Assembly (NCBI GenBank): GCA_002269645.1 | Contig: NIVC01000234.1 | Location: 62,001-126,000, forward strand | Reading direction: 5' to 3' | DNA from: Macrostomum lignano | Taxonomy: Eukaryota | DNA length: 64,000 nt | In this document: positions 1 to 11,497 of the stretch, piece by piece | How the letters are laid out: each line of letters opens with the position of its first letter | How positions within the stretch are numbered: position 1 is the stretch's first letter | The notes under the pieces: model-generated | Databases searched by the model: none | What the model was told of the DNA's origin: nothing | What the model saw: only the letters and a program-made list of their open reading frames with translations | Translations under genes and position numbers: made by a program

Positions 1-636
1 AAAACTATAGATACTATATTATAGAATACAATATACAATACTATACTATGGATACAATACTATAGAATAAATAGAAAGACAAAACTATAACATGAAGTTC
101 ACTCAGATACTATATTGAAGAATAAGAACCAAGCTGAAATAGTGACTATATTCCAAGTCCAAATAAACTACTACGTAATAACAATTAATAAATAAACAAT
201 ATTAGTACTAAGCAATTATTCAAAGACTATAATGACGGGCAGCGAACTGAGCAAAAAGACGTGAAAGCAAATGATAGAACAAAGGTGAAGAATACAAAAT
301 ATTCAATTACGATTAAATGTGGTAATTGCGAGCGAAGTTAAAACGGTGCCTAGGCGTTCAGGTTGAGTTGGAAGAAGTATAGGCGACGTTTTTTAATCTT
401 AGACCGGTTTTAGAAATTGAATTAATTCTTAATTGTAATTTGACTATCATTTACCTACATTATTTTTACATTTAGTCTGCTTAACATTTGTTTTACTAAG
501 GACGTTAAAATGGCAGTTTAAGTCATTTTAAGTCACTCGAACGCACCCTAAAAATAAATAATCCGAAAATAACAAAAAAACTAATTTCTAAACAAATTGG
601 ATTATCTAGAAAACTTTATACAATTATACAACAGAA

Positions 637-975
637 TTGAATGACGGGATAATAATAAAGAGAAATGTTAAAACATCTTATAATCCACAAAAGTGTGAAT
701 ATTGTGAGGATTTTGTTGCAAAAAATGTTTCCGGATTAAAAGCATACCAACGTTCTAAACATTATACTGCAATAGCTCAGAACGCTCAGAACGCTCAGAT
801 CGCGCAGAACTCGCTGAGCACTAAGAGCGCTAATAGTACTAATAGAGCTCAAAAGTCGACAAAGCCCACAGGGCCGGTTATGAAGTATGAGTGTGAAAAT
901 GTGGTTTTGGTGCAAATTCATTCATTAAATATAGAACTCATATTTGTGATCCAACGGCCAGAACTTCTGGCATAG
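637..975 (+). CDS. Hypothetical protein with possible degenerate C2H2 zinc finger, within the Polinton
   Basis: CEYC-x12-(Y)QRSKH spacing resembles CxxC...HxxxxH with the first His lost; followed by AQN repeats. Confidence 0.35.
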   Translation: MNDGIIIKRNVKTSYNPQKCEYCEDFVAKNVSGLKAYQRSKHYTAIAQNAQNAQIAQNSLSTKSANSTNRAQKSTKPTGPVMKYECENVVLVQIHSLNIELIFVIQRPELLA

Positions 976-1168
976 CCCAAACAGTTGAAACGGCCAAAAC
1001 TGACGAGACGGTTGAGACGGTTGAGACGGTTGAGACAAAAGGCATAGCCGAAAGGGCATTTACTGAAAATGATTTAAATAATTTGGTAAATTTAACATAA
1101 ATTAAGTAATTAAAAATGAGTAGTTACTGGTGACGATTTAAAAAATATGTTAAAAAAATTATTAAAAA

Positions 1169-1381
1169 ATGGATCAAATCGTCGCGTATGTAGAAAAAGA
1201 TAAGGCGTTTAGAAAAGATGCAGTAGACGCTATTAACAAAGCACTTAGCACAAATTTAGTAACTAAAAATGAATTACTAAAACAAAACATTTATGATAGA
1301 AAAGCACTTGAATATGCAAGTAAAACAGTTGTAGATGTAATGGAAGAATATGAAATGGAGCTTGGTAAAAAGAAAATATAA
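1169..1381 (+). CDS. Small hypothetical helical protein within the Polinton
   Basis: 70-aa ATG ORF in AT-rich context, same strand as the protease; no motif recognised. Confidence 0.3.
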   Translation: MDQIVAYVEKDKAFRKDAVDAINKALSTNLVTKNELLKQNIYDRKALEYASKTVVDVMEEYEMELGKKKI

Positions 1382-1668
1382 TCGCACTCTTAAAAGAAAA
1401 CATAGGAGATGAAAAATTATATAAGGACATGGTAGATAGATATAAGGACATGGTCATAAACGCCAAATAGCTAATGCCGACCAAAATTGTATAGAGTACG
1501 ATTATCAGGACAACTACTAAACAGATTGAATAAATCAATTTGCGAAGAAAAGAAATCTGTGCCTGTAAAAAGGAATAGTTTTATCGTTATTTTTTTATTC
1601 TTTTTTATATTTATCTTTATAAAAGCATATCTTATCAAGTTTACTATCTAAAAAATCTTTGATTATAG

Positions 1669-2531
1669 TGTCACGTTATTGGCGTGGTGACTGTGACCCT
1701 CGAAGGGCCGTTTTGATGAAAATTACTGACGTTATTAGTTGCAGGTTCCCAAAAGGGCGGTGAACTCAACAATGGCGGAGTAGATTTTGTAGCGGTAGCA
1801 CTTGGCAAATCAGCGGCAAGATAAGTAAGAGCCGCAACTTGTTTATTGTAATTGTCAATATAAGTTACTACAGAGGCTATAGCTGTCGATATAGGTTACT
1901 ACAGAGGCTATAGCACGCGGGGGCACTGGCGGCTGCAACAATGGGTTTGAATTAAATAGGTTGAGCAGGATGATGAGCAGATTGATGAAGGTGACGCAAA
2001 TGGTAGCGCAATGGCGATGAGTATGCAGTGGTGGCAGCGAGTAGCAAGTAGACAAGTGGTGGCGTGATTGGGCGCTAGCCCGTGGCAGTACAAGGTGGAG
2101 CACGAATGCGTAAACAAGTCTGGCCCAGACAGGGTGGGGCCGTGGCGAGAGATAAGGAGGCACGAAGAAGGAACGCACAAACGGGAGAGGAGAGGCAGCC
2201 AGGAAGAGAGAAAAGAGAGAGCGCGCATACCCCCAGCCCGCCGCCAGGCGGGGTTAATAAAGGAGCGCAGGAGGGTTAGCATAATATATGCGGAGAGTTT
2301 TCATTGGCTGGCGGGGGAAAAGCGAGAACTGAAATTATTGATCGCGCGAGATCCTACAGACGTACGCAAAGCTTACAAAGTACGCAATGATTAGCAATTG
2401 CTACAGATTTGTTGGGCGCTACTACAAGTAAACGTGAGAATACACGATTGGAGAATATTAAATGAGAAATTGTAGTGAAATTGTAGTCCAACGGCCCTTT
2501 TGCGGGACCACTTTAAACTGACAACATCACA
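1669..2531. mobile_element. Solo LTR (863 bp) inserted in the Polinton
   Basis: Starts TGTCACG and ends CATCACA (imperfect inverted TG...CA ends). Flanked by ATAG at 1665-1668 and 2532-2535. Removing it restores a tandem of AATCTTTGATTATAG units. GC content is higher than the flanks. Confidence 0.75.
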
Positions 2532-2632
2532 ATAGAATCTTTGATTATAGAATCTTTATTATTAGAACCTTCTTTTTTCCATTTTTAAATAGCTGAAATT
2601 CACTTTAGTACTCGACTGTCAATTATTATAAA

Positions 2633-3147
2633 ATGGATTTGCCCGCAACGCCGGAGGCTCCGGAGGCGTCTCGCGCGCCGGAGGCAACCAGAGAAGCTCT
2701 AGAGTTCCAAGACTTACGCTATATCTTTGGGTCAGACACAAATACAAATTTTGACCTTTAGATGGGCTAAATATTTAAAAATAAAACTCTTTGTTTACGT
2801 TATGAGAGACGAAATAAAAAAATTAAAATTTCCTACGGGCCCTACGGGACCTAATATTCCTATGTTTATAATGACTAATATTCATACCTCAAAAGAAAGG
2901 GGTATGCACCATTCTGCAATTTATTATGATCCAATAGAAAAAATAAGTTATTGGTTTGATTCTTATGCACTTCCACCGCTACAAGAAGTTATAGACAAAT
3001 TTAAACACACCGATATTTTTATGGCGATGAAAAAGAACAAAGACAAAATATATTTAAAATTATAAATATTGCGGTCAAATGAGTTTATATTTTTTATATA
3101 GAGTATCAAAACGAGACAACATGGTAGAAGCATTAAGAAATATTTAA
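2633..3147 (+). pseudogene. Adenain-like (C5) cysteine protease of Polinton, frameshifted
   Basis: TNFDL...KYLKIK...VMRDEI N-terminus; GMHHSAIYYD...YWFDSYALPP (catalytic His/Asp region); in another frame from 3061 YKYCGQMSLYFLY (catalytic Cys). At least two frame disruptions. Confidence 0.85.
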
Positions 3148-3329
3148 TTGAAAAATATTTAACTGAAAAATATTTAATTGAGAAATATTTAATCGAAAAA
3201 TATTTGATATTACTTTTTTAAAGTTTTTACAGTTTTTGTTGTAAATTTACATTAGGTAAGTCCTAAACGCATTCTCATTTGATTTTTATTAAATTCTTTT
3301 TGCATTTTTTTCTTAGAGTTTTTCTTAGA

Positions 3330-4579
3330 GGAAATCAGTATCAAACATCCTATTTCACATTCTGGACAACAGTCTAGCATGCCTATTCAGCCTCCGCAGT
3401 GCCAAGCAATCTGGAGTGGCAAAGCTCTGTTTTGAATCCACCGGCGTGCTGCCTTTCATTAAAAGTGAGCAAACAATGTTGATAATCTTTTAAAAATGTT
3501 TTTCGTGCTTGGACAAGCATATTGGGCACTAAAGCACGTATTTATTATTGCGTTTTTGCAGACAAAACAATTTTACTCCCACAGACGTTATCTGGAGCTG
3601 TCACAAAAATGCAAAAGGTGAAGCGATAGAGTCTGCTGTCGCTGACCATCTCCACCACGCGGGCACCCGGCATCGAAGAAAAGTACAACGTCTTTCCACA
3701 CCCACTCGGCAGACAACGGTCCACCATCATGCTCAGCAGACTCCCGCCTTCCCTGGTGGCCAAGCTCCATCTAGCGACGAGGAAGACGAGGGCAACATGG
3801 GGGATGGCAGCGGCGACGATGATAGCGATAACAGCGGGGAAACTGACGTCATCGTTTCTTCTGGTGACATTCAACTTTTTTCTCTCTAAGTCTAAATTAA
3901 ACTAAAATAGCTTCCAGTTTGGACCCAGTTTGTCCCAGTTTGTCTGAACTATACCTTAAGTAGTGACTAAATTTATGAAGCTAATCGCATAACTAATTAG
4001 TAAGGACTAAGTTCCAGCATTTTTTCATGTACACCTATAATCTATAGTGCCAGAAGTCTCATAATCGGTTGCTTTTGCTCACCTATTTAATTTTTCTTCT
4101 CATACTATTGCTCTCCTGTTTCAGTAAATACACTGTACATCATTCAAAAACTTAACGAACCATTACGGAAATTGAAAAGGCATTGATATACTTTTTTCGA
4201 TGTTTGTTATTGTCTATGGCTTAAGAACTCGTATTTATTAACTCGTTATTTATGCTCCGGGTACTTCCACCTAATGCGGGAAAGTACGAAACAATTAGCC
4301 GCTGCGGATCATTAATGGAATTTTTGCATTAGGCAATCATACAAAATATATTCTTACAAATATAATACTGTATATAAGCCAACTAGCGAAGGTTGCACAA
4401 AGGTTGACTTTGGTTGATGTGTCAACGTTGACACCGCAACCGAGCAGGCACGTTGTTACGCGCGTCAAATGAGAGCTTCCTGCAACCATTGCACGTTGGT
4501 TGAGTGTCAACATTACTGCAACATTCCTGCAACCTAAATGGCACTAGGGGTTGTAACTGTGATATCTGTGCTACCCGGG
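3330..4579 (+). mobile_element. 3' fragment of a putative CACTA/EnSpm (CMC)-like DNA transposon
   Basis: Spliced ORF remnant (LACLFSLRSAKQSGVAKLCFESTGVLPFIK | intron GTGAGC...TTGCAG | ...AIESAVADHLHHAGTRHRRK) resembling DUF4806-type accessory proteins. Subterminal TGCAACC/GTTGAC repeats at 4380-4535. Terminus ...GTGCTACCCGGG at 4579. No matching left terminus found. Confidence 0.45.
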
Positions 4580-4894
4580 TTATCTGCAATCTATCTGCCC
4601 GTCGAAGAGCATCAATTTCAGTTTTATTATATACCCGATCCTTCGGATAGACTTCAGTTTTCGGATAAACTTCGTCTTTCGAATAAACTTCGCTTTTCGA
4701 ATAAACTTCGTCTTTCTAATAGACTTCGTCTTTCGAATAAACTTCGTCTTTCTAATAGACTTCGTCTTTCGAATAGGCTTCAGATTTTTTATAATATCTA
4801 TTGTCAGTTTTTGATATGCTTCTATTATTTGCTGCAGACAACGCAGAACAAAATCTATTTGGTGTATTTTGAAATGCCATTGTATGAGTGCCAT
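4580..4894 (-). CDS. Basic repeat protein (IRKTK(F/S))n, possible DNA-condensing core protein
   Basis: About seven 18-bp repeats encoding Arg/Lys-rich hexapeptides, immediately downstream of the penton gene. Confidence 0.35.
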   Translation of the reverse strand: MALIQWHFKIHQIDFVLRCLQQIIEAYQKLTIDIIKNLKPIRKTKSIRKTKFIRKTKSIRKTKFIRKAKFIRKTKFIRKLKSIRRIGYIIKLKLMLFDGQIDCR

Positions 4895-4942
4895 TTTATG
4901 AGCTCCATTTTATGAGCGCCATTTTATGAGCGTATATATTTA

Positions 4943-5749
4943 TTATATTTGTCGTACGTGAATGCTTAGGAAAATTTCTTCTCCACTAAAATCAAAAGGA
5001 ATTCCAGATTTGTCTTCAATTGTAAAGTTTAAATTATTAATTTGCGAATTCAACAAAGGATAATATACCGGTTCTCTGGGGGAGAAAATTATCTTACTTC
5101 CCATAGGTACTGAATATGCGGGGAATGAAAATAGTATTTGCTTTCGAATAAGGTATCGTTCATTGTTGTTGTTGGCATAACCTTCACTAATATTTGAAGA
5201 TCGAATGTAAATTACGCTTCTACCCCCATCAATTTTTGCGGCATGTGGAGCACGAGTATATGTTCCACTATATTGTTGAGAATCAAGTCCTAAGAGCTTT
5301 AAAAAATTATTAGGATTAGTTTCATCATTAAAATCAACTATTGCACCTGGTTTCAAATTAAGTTCTACTTTTCCTGTGGCTAGATGAGGTGTAAAAATGT
5401 CTTTGTCAACGCCCCAAGGGGTTTGAGCGCCGACTGTTTCGGCTAATCTTTTTATTTCTTCAGACAGCATTGATATTTCCCAAGAACCTGGTTCAATTTG
5501 AATTGTCTTAAATTCACGGCCTCTATTTACAGATAACAGAATATCTAAAATTATTATTACTTTTAGTTATATTTTTTATTATATCATAAACAGAAAATTT
5601 CTTCAGAGCCATTTCATATTTTAATTCTGGGTCTAAAACTAATGGTGTCGGTTAAGTCATATTAATAGGGTTTTCTTTTGTACAGATATCAAAAGTAACA
5701 TTAATTTTTTTGAAATGTGGTTTACTATTTTTTCTAAATTCCTTTCCAT
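4943..5749 (-). pseudogene. Minor capsid protein (penton-like); N-terminal part disrupted
   Basis: C-terminal ORF 4943-5470 has ILFSFPAYSVPMGSKIIFSPREPVYYPL...FTIEDKSGIPFDFSGEEIFLSIHVRQI, typical of Polinton minor capsid. Upstream frames give MERNLEKIVNH...PLVLDPELKYEMAL...IEPGSWEI. Confidence 0.8.
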
Positions 5750-6331
5750 TTATTATAAATTATTTTTTATACTCTATACTCCTGTATGACCAGGTGCTTT
5801 TGCTAGCAGTAAAGTCCAAAGCCTATTAGCGCTATGCGTGCGCGCGTCTCGAGCGTTAAGTCGTCTGTCGCCCCAATGCCCTACACCATCACCACTATGC
5901 TCGCTTAAAGCACTTTGAGCGCTTGAGCGCTCTGTGCGCTTTGAGCGCTTTGAGCGCCTTGAACGCTCTGTGCGCTTTGAGGCTATGTGCGCTCTGCGTG
6001 CGTTGAGCGCTATGTGCGCTCTGCGTGCGTTGAACGCTCAAAGCGCTCAATTTTGCTTGTTTGTAATTTCCTGTGCTTTTAGCTGCTCCTACATGAGTCT
6101 CATCTATAGTTTTTTAATAATTTTCTAGCGCTTCCTTACTAAATTTCTGAAATTCATTTCCATGTTCTTTTACTATTTTATGAGATGATTATTCTTTTAA
6201 TTCTTTTGTGAACGGGAATGTTTTTCCACGCCTTTTAAATAGTGTGCCGTCAATTACTTCTACACTTATACCACCCAAAGTAAAATTTCCGTCTTTATCT
6301 TTTTTTAATCGAATAGATGGTGCTGGTCTTT

Positions 6332-6565
6332 TCAATCGGCATAATTTTGCATTTTTTCATACATTCTTTCAAGCTCTTTATTCTTTTTTTGAGTTTTTGT
6401 TAATTCGTCTAATTTTTGTGTAATAGGCGCTTGAAGTTTTGATTGTTCGTCATATAATCCAAGCTGTTGAAGTTTATAGGCAGATCTTCTGTCATTATAT
6501 TCTTCTCTAGCTTTTGAAAGCCTCTCTAAACTTTGCTTATATTGCTCTATCTCATTCAAAGTCAT
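6332..6565 (-). CDS. Coiled-coil hypothetical Polinton protein downstream of ATPase (truncated; remnant continues toward ~6100)
   Basis: Helical E/K/Q-rich ORF with QAPITQKLDEL motif, in the position following the ATPase. Confidence 0.4.
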   Translation of the reverse strand: MTLNEIEQYKQSLERLSKAREEYNDRRSAYKLQQLGLYDEQSKLQAPITQKLDELTKTQKKNKELERMYEKMQNYAD

Positions 6566-6569
6566 TTTA

Positions 6570-6733
6570 AAATAAGGAAAATCATTGTACTCATCTATAT
6601 AGAATTTATTAGGAAAAACATCATTTGCTTCTACATATTTAGTATCTTTAGTCGTAAAGAATAAATTTCCATATTTTTTTACTCCATGCGTCTTTACATA
6701 TTTTTATAAAATCTTCTTTACTACAGTTTGGAG
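6570..6733 (-). pseudogene. Packaging ATPase, C-terminal piece (split by Gypsy insertion)
   Basis: Joining across the GGAG duplication restores IYNKLSP|NCSKEDFIKICKDAWSKK followed by a frameshifted YG motif. Confidence 0.75.
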
Positions 6734-7135
6734 TGTAGCGTGTCTGAAAAATAAATGAGGCTTGAAAGCGGTGGTTCAATTATTTATTATCGATAATCGA
6801 GATTACCGGAAAAACACTTGCTTATTAGCTGGGTTTGCCTGGTGTATATTTATAGCAAAATTAACGGTGTTCTAGAAATTTCTTTAGAATTATAACAAAG
6901 ATACAACATTATATTGTAAACTGTAGCTAATACGGATAAATGCGTTGAATAAGAATATGGCTAATAATTAAACTATAAGATATGTAAAGGTTCCGCGTAG
7001 AAATATTTTGTTATGGAAATTCAAAGAAAAATGCAGAAATTTCTTTTACTTAATTTGGAAATTTTACTCGTATAGACTGCGCGAAGGGGAAAGGAAACTT
7101 CTAGAAACTAGGTACATTGGAATAACATTGCAACA
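6734..7135 (-). repeat. 3' LTR of the Gypsy element (402 bp)
   Basis: Minus strand starts TGTTGC just after the PPT and ends GCTACA next to the TSD; AATAAA at ~6783-6788 on the minus strand. Confidence 0.85.
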
Positions 7136-7140
7136 ATAGT

Positions 7141-7150
7141 CCCCCCCACC
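7141..7150 (-). other. Polypurine tract
   Basis: GGTGGGGGGG on the minus strand, 5 nt before the LTR start. Confidence 0.85.
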
Positions 7151-7305
7151 GGAGACGGAGTCCCTAGATAGAATGATGATCGCACAGTATGTACAAATTA
7201 ATGACCGAATGGGCTATATACACTGAAGATGTCGACGGTCGGGTCCAAAGTCTTTAACGAATGGATAGCAAGATGCGACTATAATACAGATGAGGTCAGG
7301 TGATG

Positions 7306-10300
7306 TCAGAAGTAAAGGTAGTCATCTTGGGCTTTAAATCGGACGCGTCGTCCACTTCTTGTTCGGGTCGTCGGTGCCTCCTCGTCGACTTTCGGTGTAT
7401 TCGCTGTAGTGGATGTTGGTGTGGCCTCCGTGTCGTCCTGGTGTCCTGCTGGTGTAGAGGTTTCCTCCTGCCCTGAAGTCGGCTGTACGGTCTGCCTAGG
7501 CCTGCTCTGTGTCGGTGGCCTTGGGGTCGACCTGCAGGGTTTGAGCCTGTCGATGGAGATGGCTTCTTCGTGACCAGGGCGGAACTCGATGATGAAAAAC
7601 TTGGGAGTGCGCCGAATGACTGGGTATGGTCCGGAGTACGGCGCTTCCAACGGCTTCCTCACCCTGTCCACGCGGACCCAAACCTTGTCGGTCGACCATA
7701 GCTCCTGAGGCACATGCGGTGTGGTGGACGGCATTCTTGGTCGCTGCTCCAAGAGGTGGTCTAAGCTCATCTGAATGGAGTTAGGATCTTTGTCGCTGAC
7801 GATGACCCGTGGAAGCATCGGATGCTCGCCGGTGAGCCTGGTAAATGGGCTGATGCCTGAATCGTCCGGAGCGACATGCATGGCGAGGAGTGCCAATGGG
7901 AGGTTGTCGAGCCATGCAGGACCGCGCGCCTTAAGCATCGTCTTCAGAGTCCTGTGGGCGCGCTCGATCTTACCGTTGCACTGTGGGTGGTACGCCGTGG
8001 TGCGTAGGCGGTGAAAACCCACGGTGGACGAGAGTGTCTCGAAGAGCTCGGACTCGAACTGTGGTCCTCTATCAGTGATGACGTACAGGGGCACTCCGAA
8101 GCGAGAAATCCAGGAAGCGATGAAGGCTGCTCCCACGCTTTGTGCTGTGACGGTCTCGAGGGGTGCGGCCTCTAGCCAGCCCGTGTTGCGGTCAATCATG
8201 GTAAGGAGATACCGAGGTGTAAGACCGCACTGAGTATCATGATTCCTTTCGTGAACTGGAAGAGGGCCGACGATGTCGATGTGTACCGTCTCGAACCTGT
8301 TGGATGGGAGGTTGAAGGCAGCGCTGCCGGTCGTCGTGTGGCGGTCTATCTTGGTGCGCTGACAAACCTCGCATGACCTGCAAAAGACCTTGATCTCTGC
8401 GCGCATGCCGGTCCAGTAGTAGCGGCTGATGATCAGGTTGGCGGTCCTGCGGAATCCGTAGTGACCGAGTTCGTGAAAATGTTTCAGCAGTGATTCACGC
8501 ATGGAGATGGGGACGACCGGGCGAGGGTAACCCGTGGAGGTCTCGCAGAGTACGCGACGGCCGTCTCCAAGTGGAAAGAAGCGGCAATGGTCTGATTCGG
8601 AGAGGTTGTCGGCGGCTTGCTGATCGGCGATTGCTGACAGGTCAGTTGGCGCTGCTCCCTACTGGATGGCTGCGATGGCGGTCGGTTCGTCGAGTCTGGA
8701 AAGTGCATCGGCGACGACGTTGTCCGAGCCACGGATATATTGAAAGTCGGTGACGTACTCAGACAGGATGCTCATGTAGCGCTGGTTGCGGTCGGAGTTG
8801 CCGTGGGAGTTGTGTCGGAATGCCTGCTCGAGAGGCTTGTGATCTGTGAAGACCGTGACGTGCCTGCCCTCGATCAGGTTCCGGAAGTGAAGCACGGCAA
8901 GGTAAGCGGCTAGTAGCTCTCGATCAAATGCTGAATAGGCTCGCTGGGCGGCAGAGAGCTTCTTGCTGAACATGCCGGTCAAGGTGGTCTGCTCTCCGAC
9001 TGTCTGATGCAATGCGGCTCCGACGCTGGTAGCAGAGGCATCCGTGACCAGCTGATAGGCCGAGCAGTCTGGATCGGGGTGGTACAGCAGGAGACGCTCG
9101 GCGAGCTTCTTCTTGAGGTCGTCGAATGCGGCTTGGGGGATGTCGCTCCATTGGTAGGATCGAGGAGACCGTAGTGCTGCGGTGAGCAGATCCTGCAATG
9201 GGGCTGCGGTGGATGCGAAACCGGAGATGAAACGTCGGTAGAAACCGATCACGCCGAGGAAACGTCGCAGGGCAGCAGCGTCGCGGGGAACCGGCCAGTT
9301 TTTGATGGTCTCGACCCTCGTTTCGAGAGGTCGGATTCCGTCGGCGGAAACGTGGTGGCCGAGAAAGGTGACTTCGCTCTTAAGGAAAACACACTTGCTG
9401 AGCTGAACCTTCAAGCCGTGATGAGCTAGGCGGGTCAACACGGCTTCTAGATGTTGGAGATGCTCCTCCTCCGACCTCGAGTAGACCAGAAGGTCATCCA
9501 AGTAGGCGATGACGCAAGGCAGGCCGCGCAGGACGGAGTCGATGAAGCGCTGGAAGGTCTGCGCGGCGTTGCGAAGTCCGAATGGCATCCTAGTCCACTC
9601 AAAGAGGCCAAACGGCGTGATGATGGCAGTCTTGGCGATGTCCTCTTCCGCGATGGGGATCTGATGGTAAGCGCGAACCAGATCGAGCTTGCTGAACACC
9701 GTCGCGCCATGGAGATAACGCGTGAAACTCTGGATGTGTGGGACCGGGTAGCTGTCTGGCTTGGTAGCGCTGTTGAGCGCTCGGTAGTCGCCACACGGTC
9801 GCCACTTGCCAGATGGTTTGCCGTCTGATTTCTTCGGAACCATGTGGAGTGGCGAAGCCCATGAACTCTTGGATGGACGGATGTACCCGGCATCGATGAG
9901 TTGCTGGAATTCTTCGCGAGCGATGCGAAGTTTCTCCGGATGAAGCTGACGCGCTCTGGCGTGCACTGGCTGATGTCCGCCGGTGTCGATCCTATGAACA
10001 GTGTCGTGCTTGATCACGTCCGCCGGCGGCAGCCGACTTCCCTCCACGTAGGTAAAGGTATCCTGAAATCGGTCGATCAGCCGCCTGACGCGTGGATCGC
10101 AGTCGTCGGGGTAGTTCGGAGTGACGCTGAAGTTGCCGATGGTCGTCGTAGTGACGGGCAGCGGTGGAGTATGGTGGAGTACCAGCTGTCGAGCTTTGCA
10201 GTCGACCAAGAGACCGAAATGCGACAGAAAATCGTAGCCGAGGATGGGGTGAACGACGGAGGCCACTATGAAAGTCCATCGATAGGCGCGACGCAGTCCT

Positions 10301-10557
10301 TTAATGGCGACTTCCAGGGAGATTTCGCCGACAACAGGAATGGTCTCACCTGTGGCGGTGGTTAATCGGAATCCTGTTGCCTGGACGTTATGGGATAAGT
10401 ACTGCGGTGGGATGATAGATGCTGCAGCGCCAGTATCGACCAGGAACGGTAGGCGACGCGCGTCAAAGAGGAGGTCGACGACGAGACAAGGTTTGCGCGC
10501 CGCTTCGTCTGTGGCACTGCTCACTGCGGCGTCATGGGTAGTGCCTGGAAGTTTCCC
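7306..10557 (-). CDS. pol: Gypsy Pol (protease, RT, RNase H, integrase), reached by -1 frameshift; one in-frame TAG at 8659-8661
   Basis: [11 protein letters not shown] (protease); [30 protein letters not shown] (RT); [25 protein letters not shown] (RNase H); HELGH...CEVC zinc finger, [29 protein letters not shown] (integrase). The frame is continuous through the TAG (AIQ*GAAPTDL...). Confidence 0.95.
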
Positions 10558-11426
10558 TGGGCCGGACGTTCTGGCGAGTTCGAGCGGGATTGCACCGGAG
10601 TCCTCTCGTTGGGACCTAGGATGCGAGGCTGACGACCGCCGGATGAGCGCGGGAACTGGCACCAGCGTCTGCATGTGCGTGTTCGCGCACCGTAGTAGAG
10701 ATGTCCTCTGCAGACTACTGGTTTTTGGCCTGGGTAGAAGGGTTCCATGCTGGATGTCAGCTGTGACTTCTGCCGTGGCCCCGATGTCTTTGAGTCGCCT
10801 GCCGTACTCTGAACTGCGTGGACGCGGTGGCCAGATGACTGCTGAATAGCCAGCATGGAGTCCGCGATGGAAGCGAGCCGTGCTGGATCTTCGTCCTGAA
10901 AACCGGACAGATGAAGGCGTAGCTCTGCCGGGAGGCAGCGGAGAAGCGTGGCCTTGACCATGTCTGGGTTCTCCTTGATATTGCATTGAGCCATCTTGGC
11001 CTGCAGCCGCTGTATGAAGATGCTGGGTTTGTCTCCTCCCAGGTCAGAGACGCTCATGACCTCGTTAATTCGCTCTTGCTGACTCTTCTGAAGCATCTTC
11101 AGTACGGCTTGCTTCAGTGCGGTATAGTTGGACGGAGTGTCCACAGACAATAAAACAGCTGCGATATCCTCCGGTAGATGACAGATCAGGTGGTTGAACC
11201 GCGTTACCTCGGAGGTGATGTTTCGAAGGTCGAACTGAGCGTCCAACATCCGAAACCATGCATCGGGGTTGCCACGACAGAATGGCGGTACTTTAAGGGC
11301 TACCGCAGCTACCGCAGGCGGGTCGGCAGGTGCCGCCGCGACACTCGCTCCTTGTGTGGGCTGCTGGCTGACCCCGGAGGGCTGCTGGCTGACCACGGAT
11401 GGTGTGTTGGTGCTTCCTTCCGCCAT
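10521..11426 (-). CDS. gag: Gypsy Gag
   Basis: [22 protein letters not shown]...LGGDKPS...[18 protein letters not shown], typical of invertebrate Gypsy gag; ATG at 11426. Confidence 0.9.
   Translation of the reverse strand: MAEGSTNTPSVVSQQPSGVSQQPTQGASVAAAPADPPAVAAVALKVPPFCRGNPDAWFRMLDAQFDLRNITSEVTRFNHLICHLPEDIAAVLLSVDTPSNYTALKQAVLKMLQKSQQERINEVMSVSDLGGDKPSIFIQRLQAKMAQCNIKENPDMVKATLLRCLPAELRLHLSGFQDEDPARLASIADSMLAIQQSSGHRVHAVQSTAGDSKTSGPRQKSQLTSSMEPFYPGQKPVVCRGHLYYGARTRTCRRWCQFPRSSGGRQPRILGPNERTPVQSRSNSPERPAQGNFQALPMTPQ
10551..10557 (-). promoter_or_regulatory. -1 ribosomal frameshift slippery site G GGA AAC
   Basis: In gag frame CAG GGA AAC; the -1 frame (GGG AAA CTT) is the open pol frame. 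Confidence 0.8.
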
Positions 11427-11484
11427 TGGATCGTACACGCTGAATGAATTGAATGGTCTGAATTAAATGCTAGTCAATTGGACG

Positions 11485-11497
11485 CCTCACCGGACCA
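11485..11497 (-). promoter_or_regulatory. Primer-binding site TGGTCCGGTGAGG
   Basis: Begins TGG, ~60 nt upstream of gag. The complement TCACCGG-A-CCA fits a tRNA acceptor with C1:G72 and A73 (Tyr-like; inference). Confidence 0.7.

Larger units (their letters stand above)
6734..11497 (-). mobile_element. Ty3/Gypsy LTR retrotransposon with 3' LTR only (5' LTR absent)
   Basis: gag, PR-RT-RH-IN order, PPT, 3' LTR and PBS; 4-bp TSD GGAG at 6730-6733 and 11498-11501. Confidence 0.95.

Noticed and set aside
1855-2394. ORFs inside the GC-richer island
   Set aside because: They lie within the solo LTR and show no protein motifs.
10558-10986. Pol starting at the ATG at 10986
   Set aside because: This part is the -1 frame overlapping gag; the slippery site at 10551-10557 marks the real entry.
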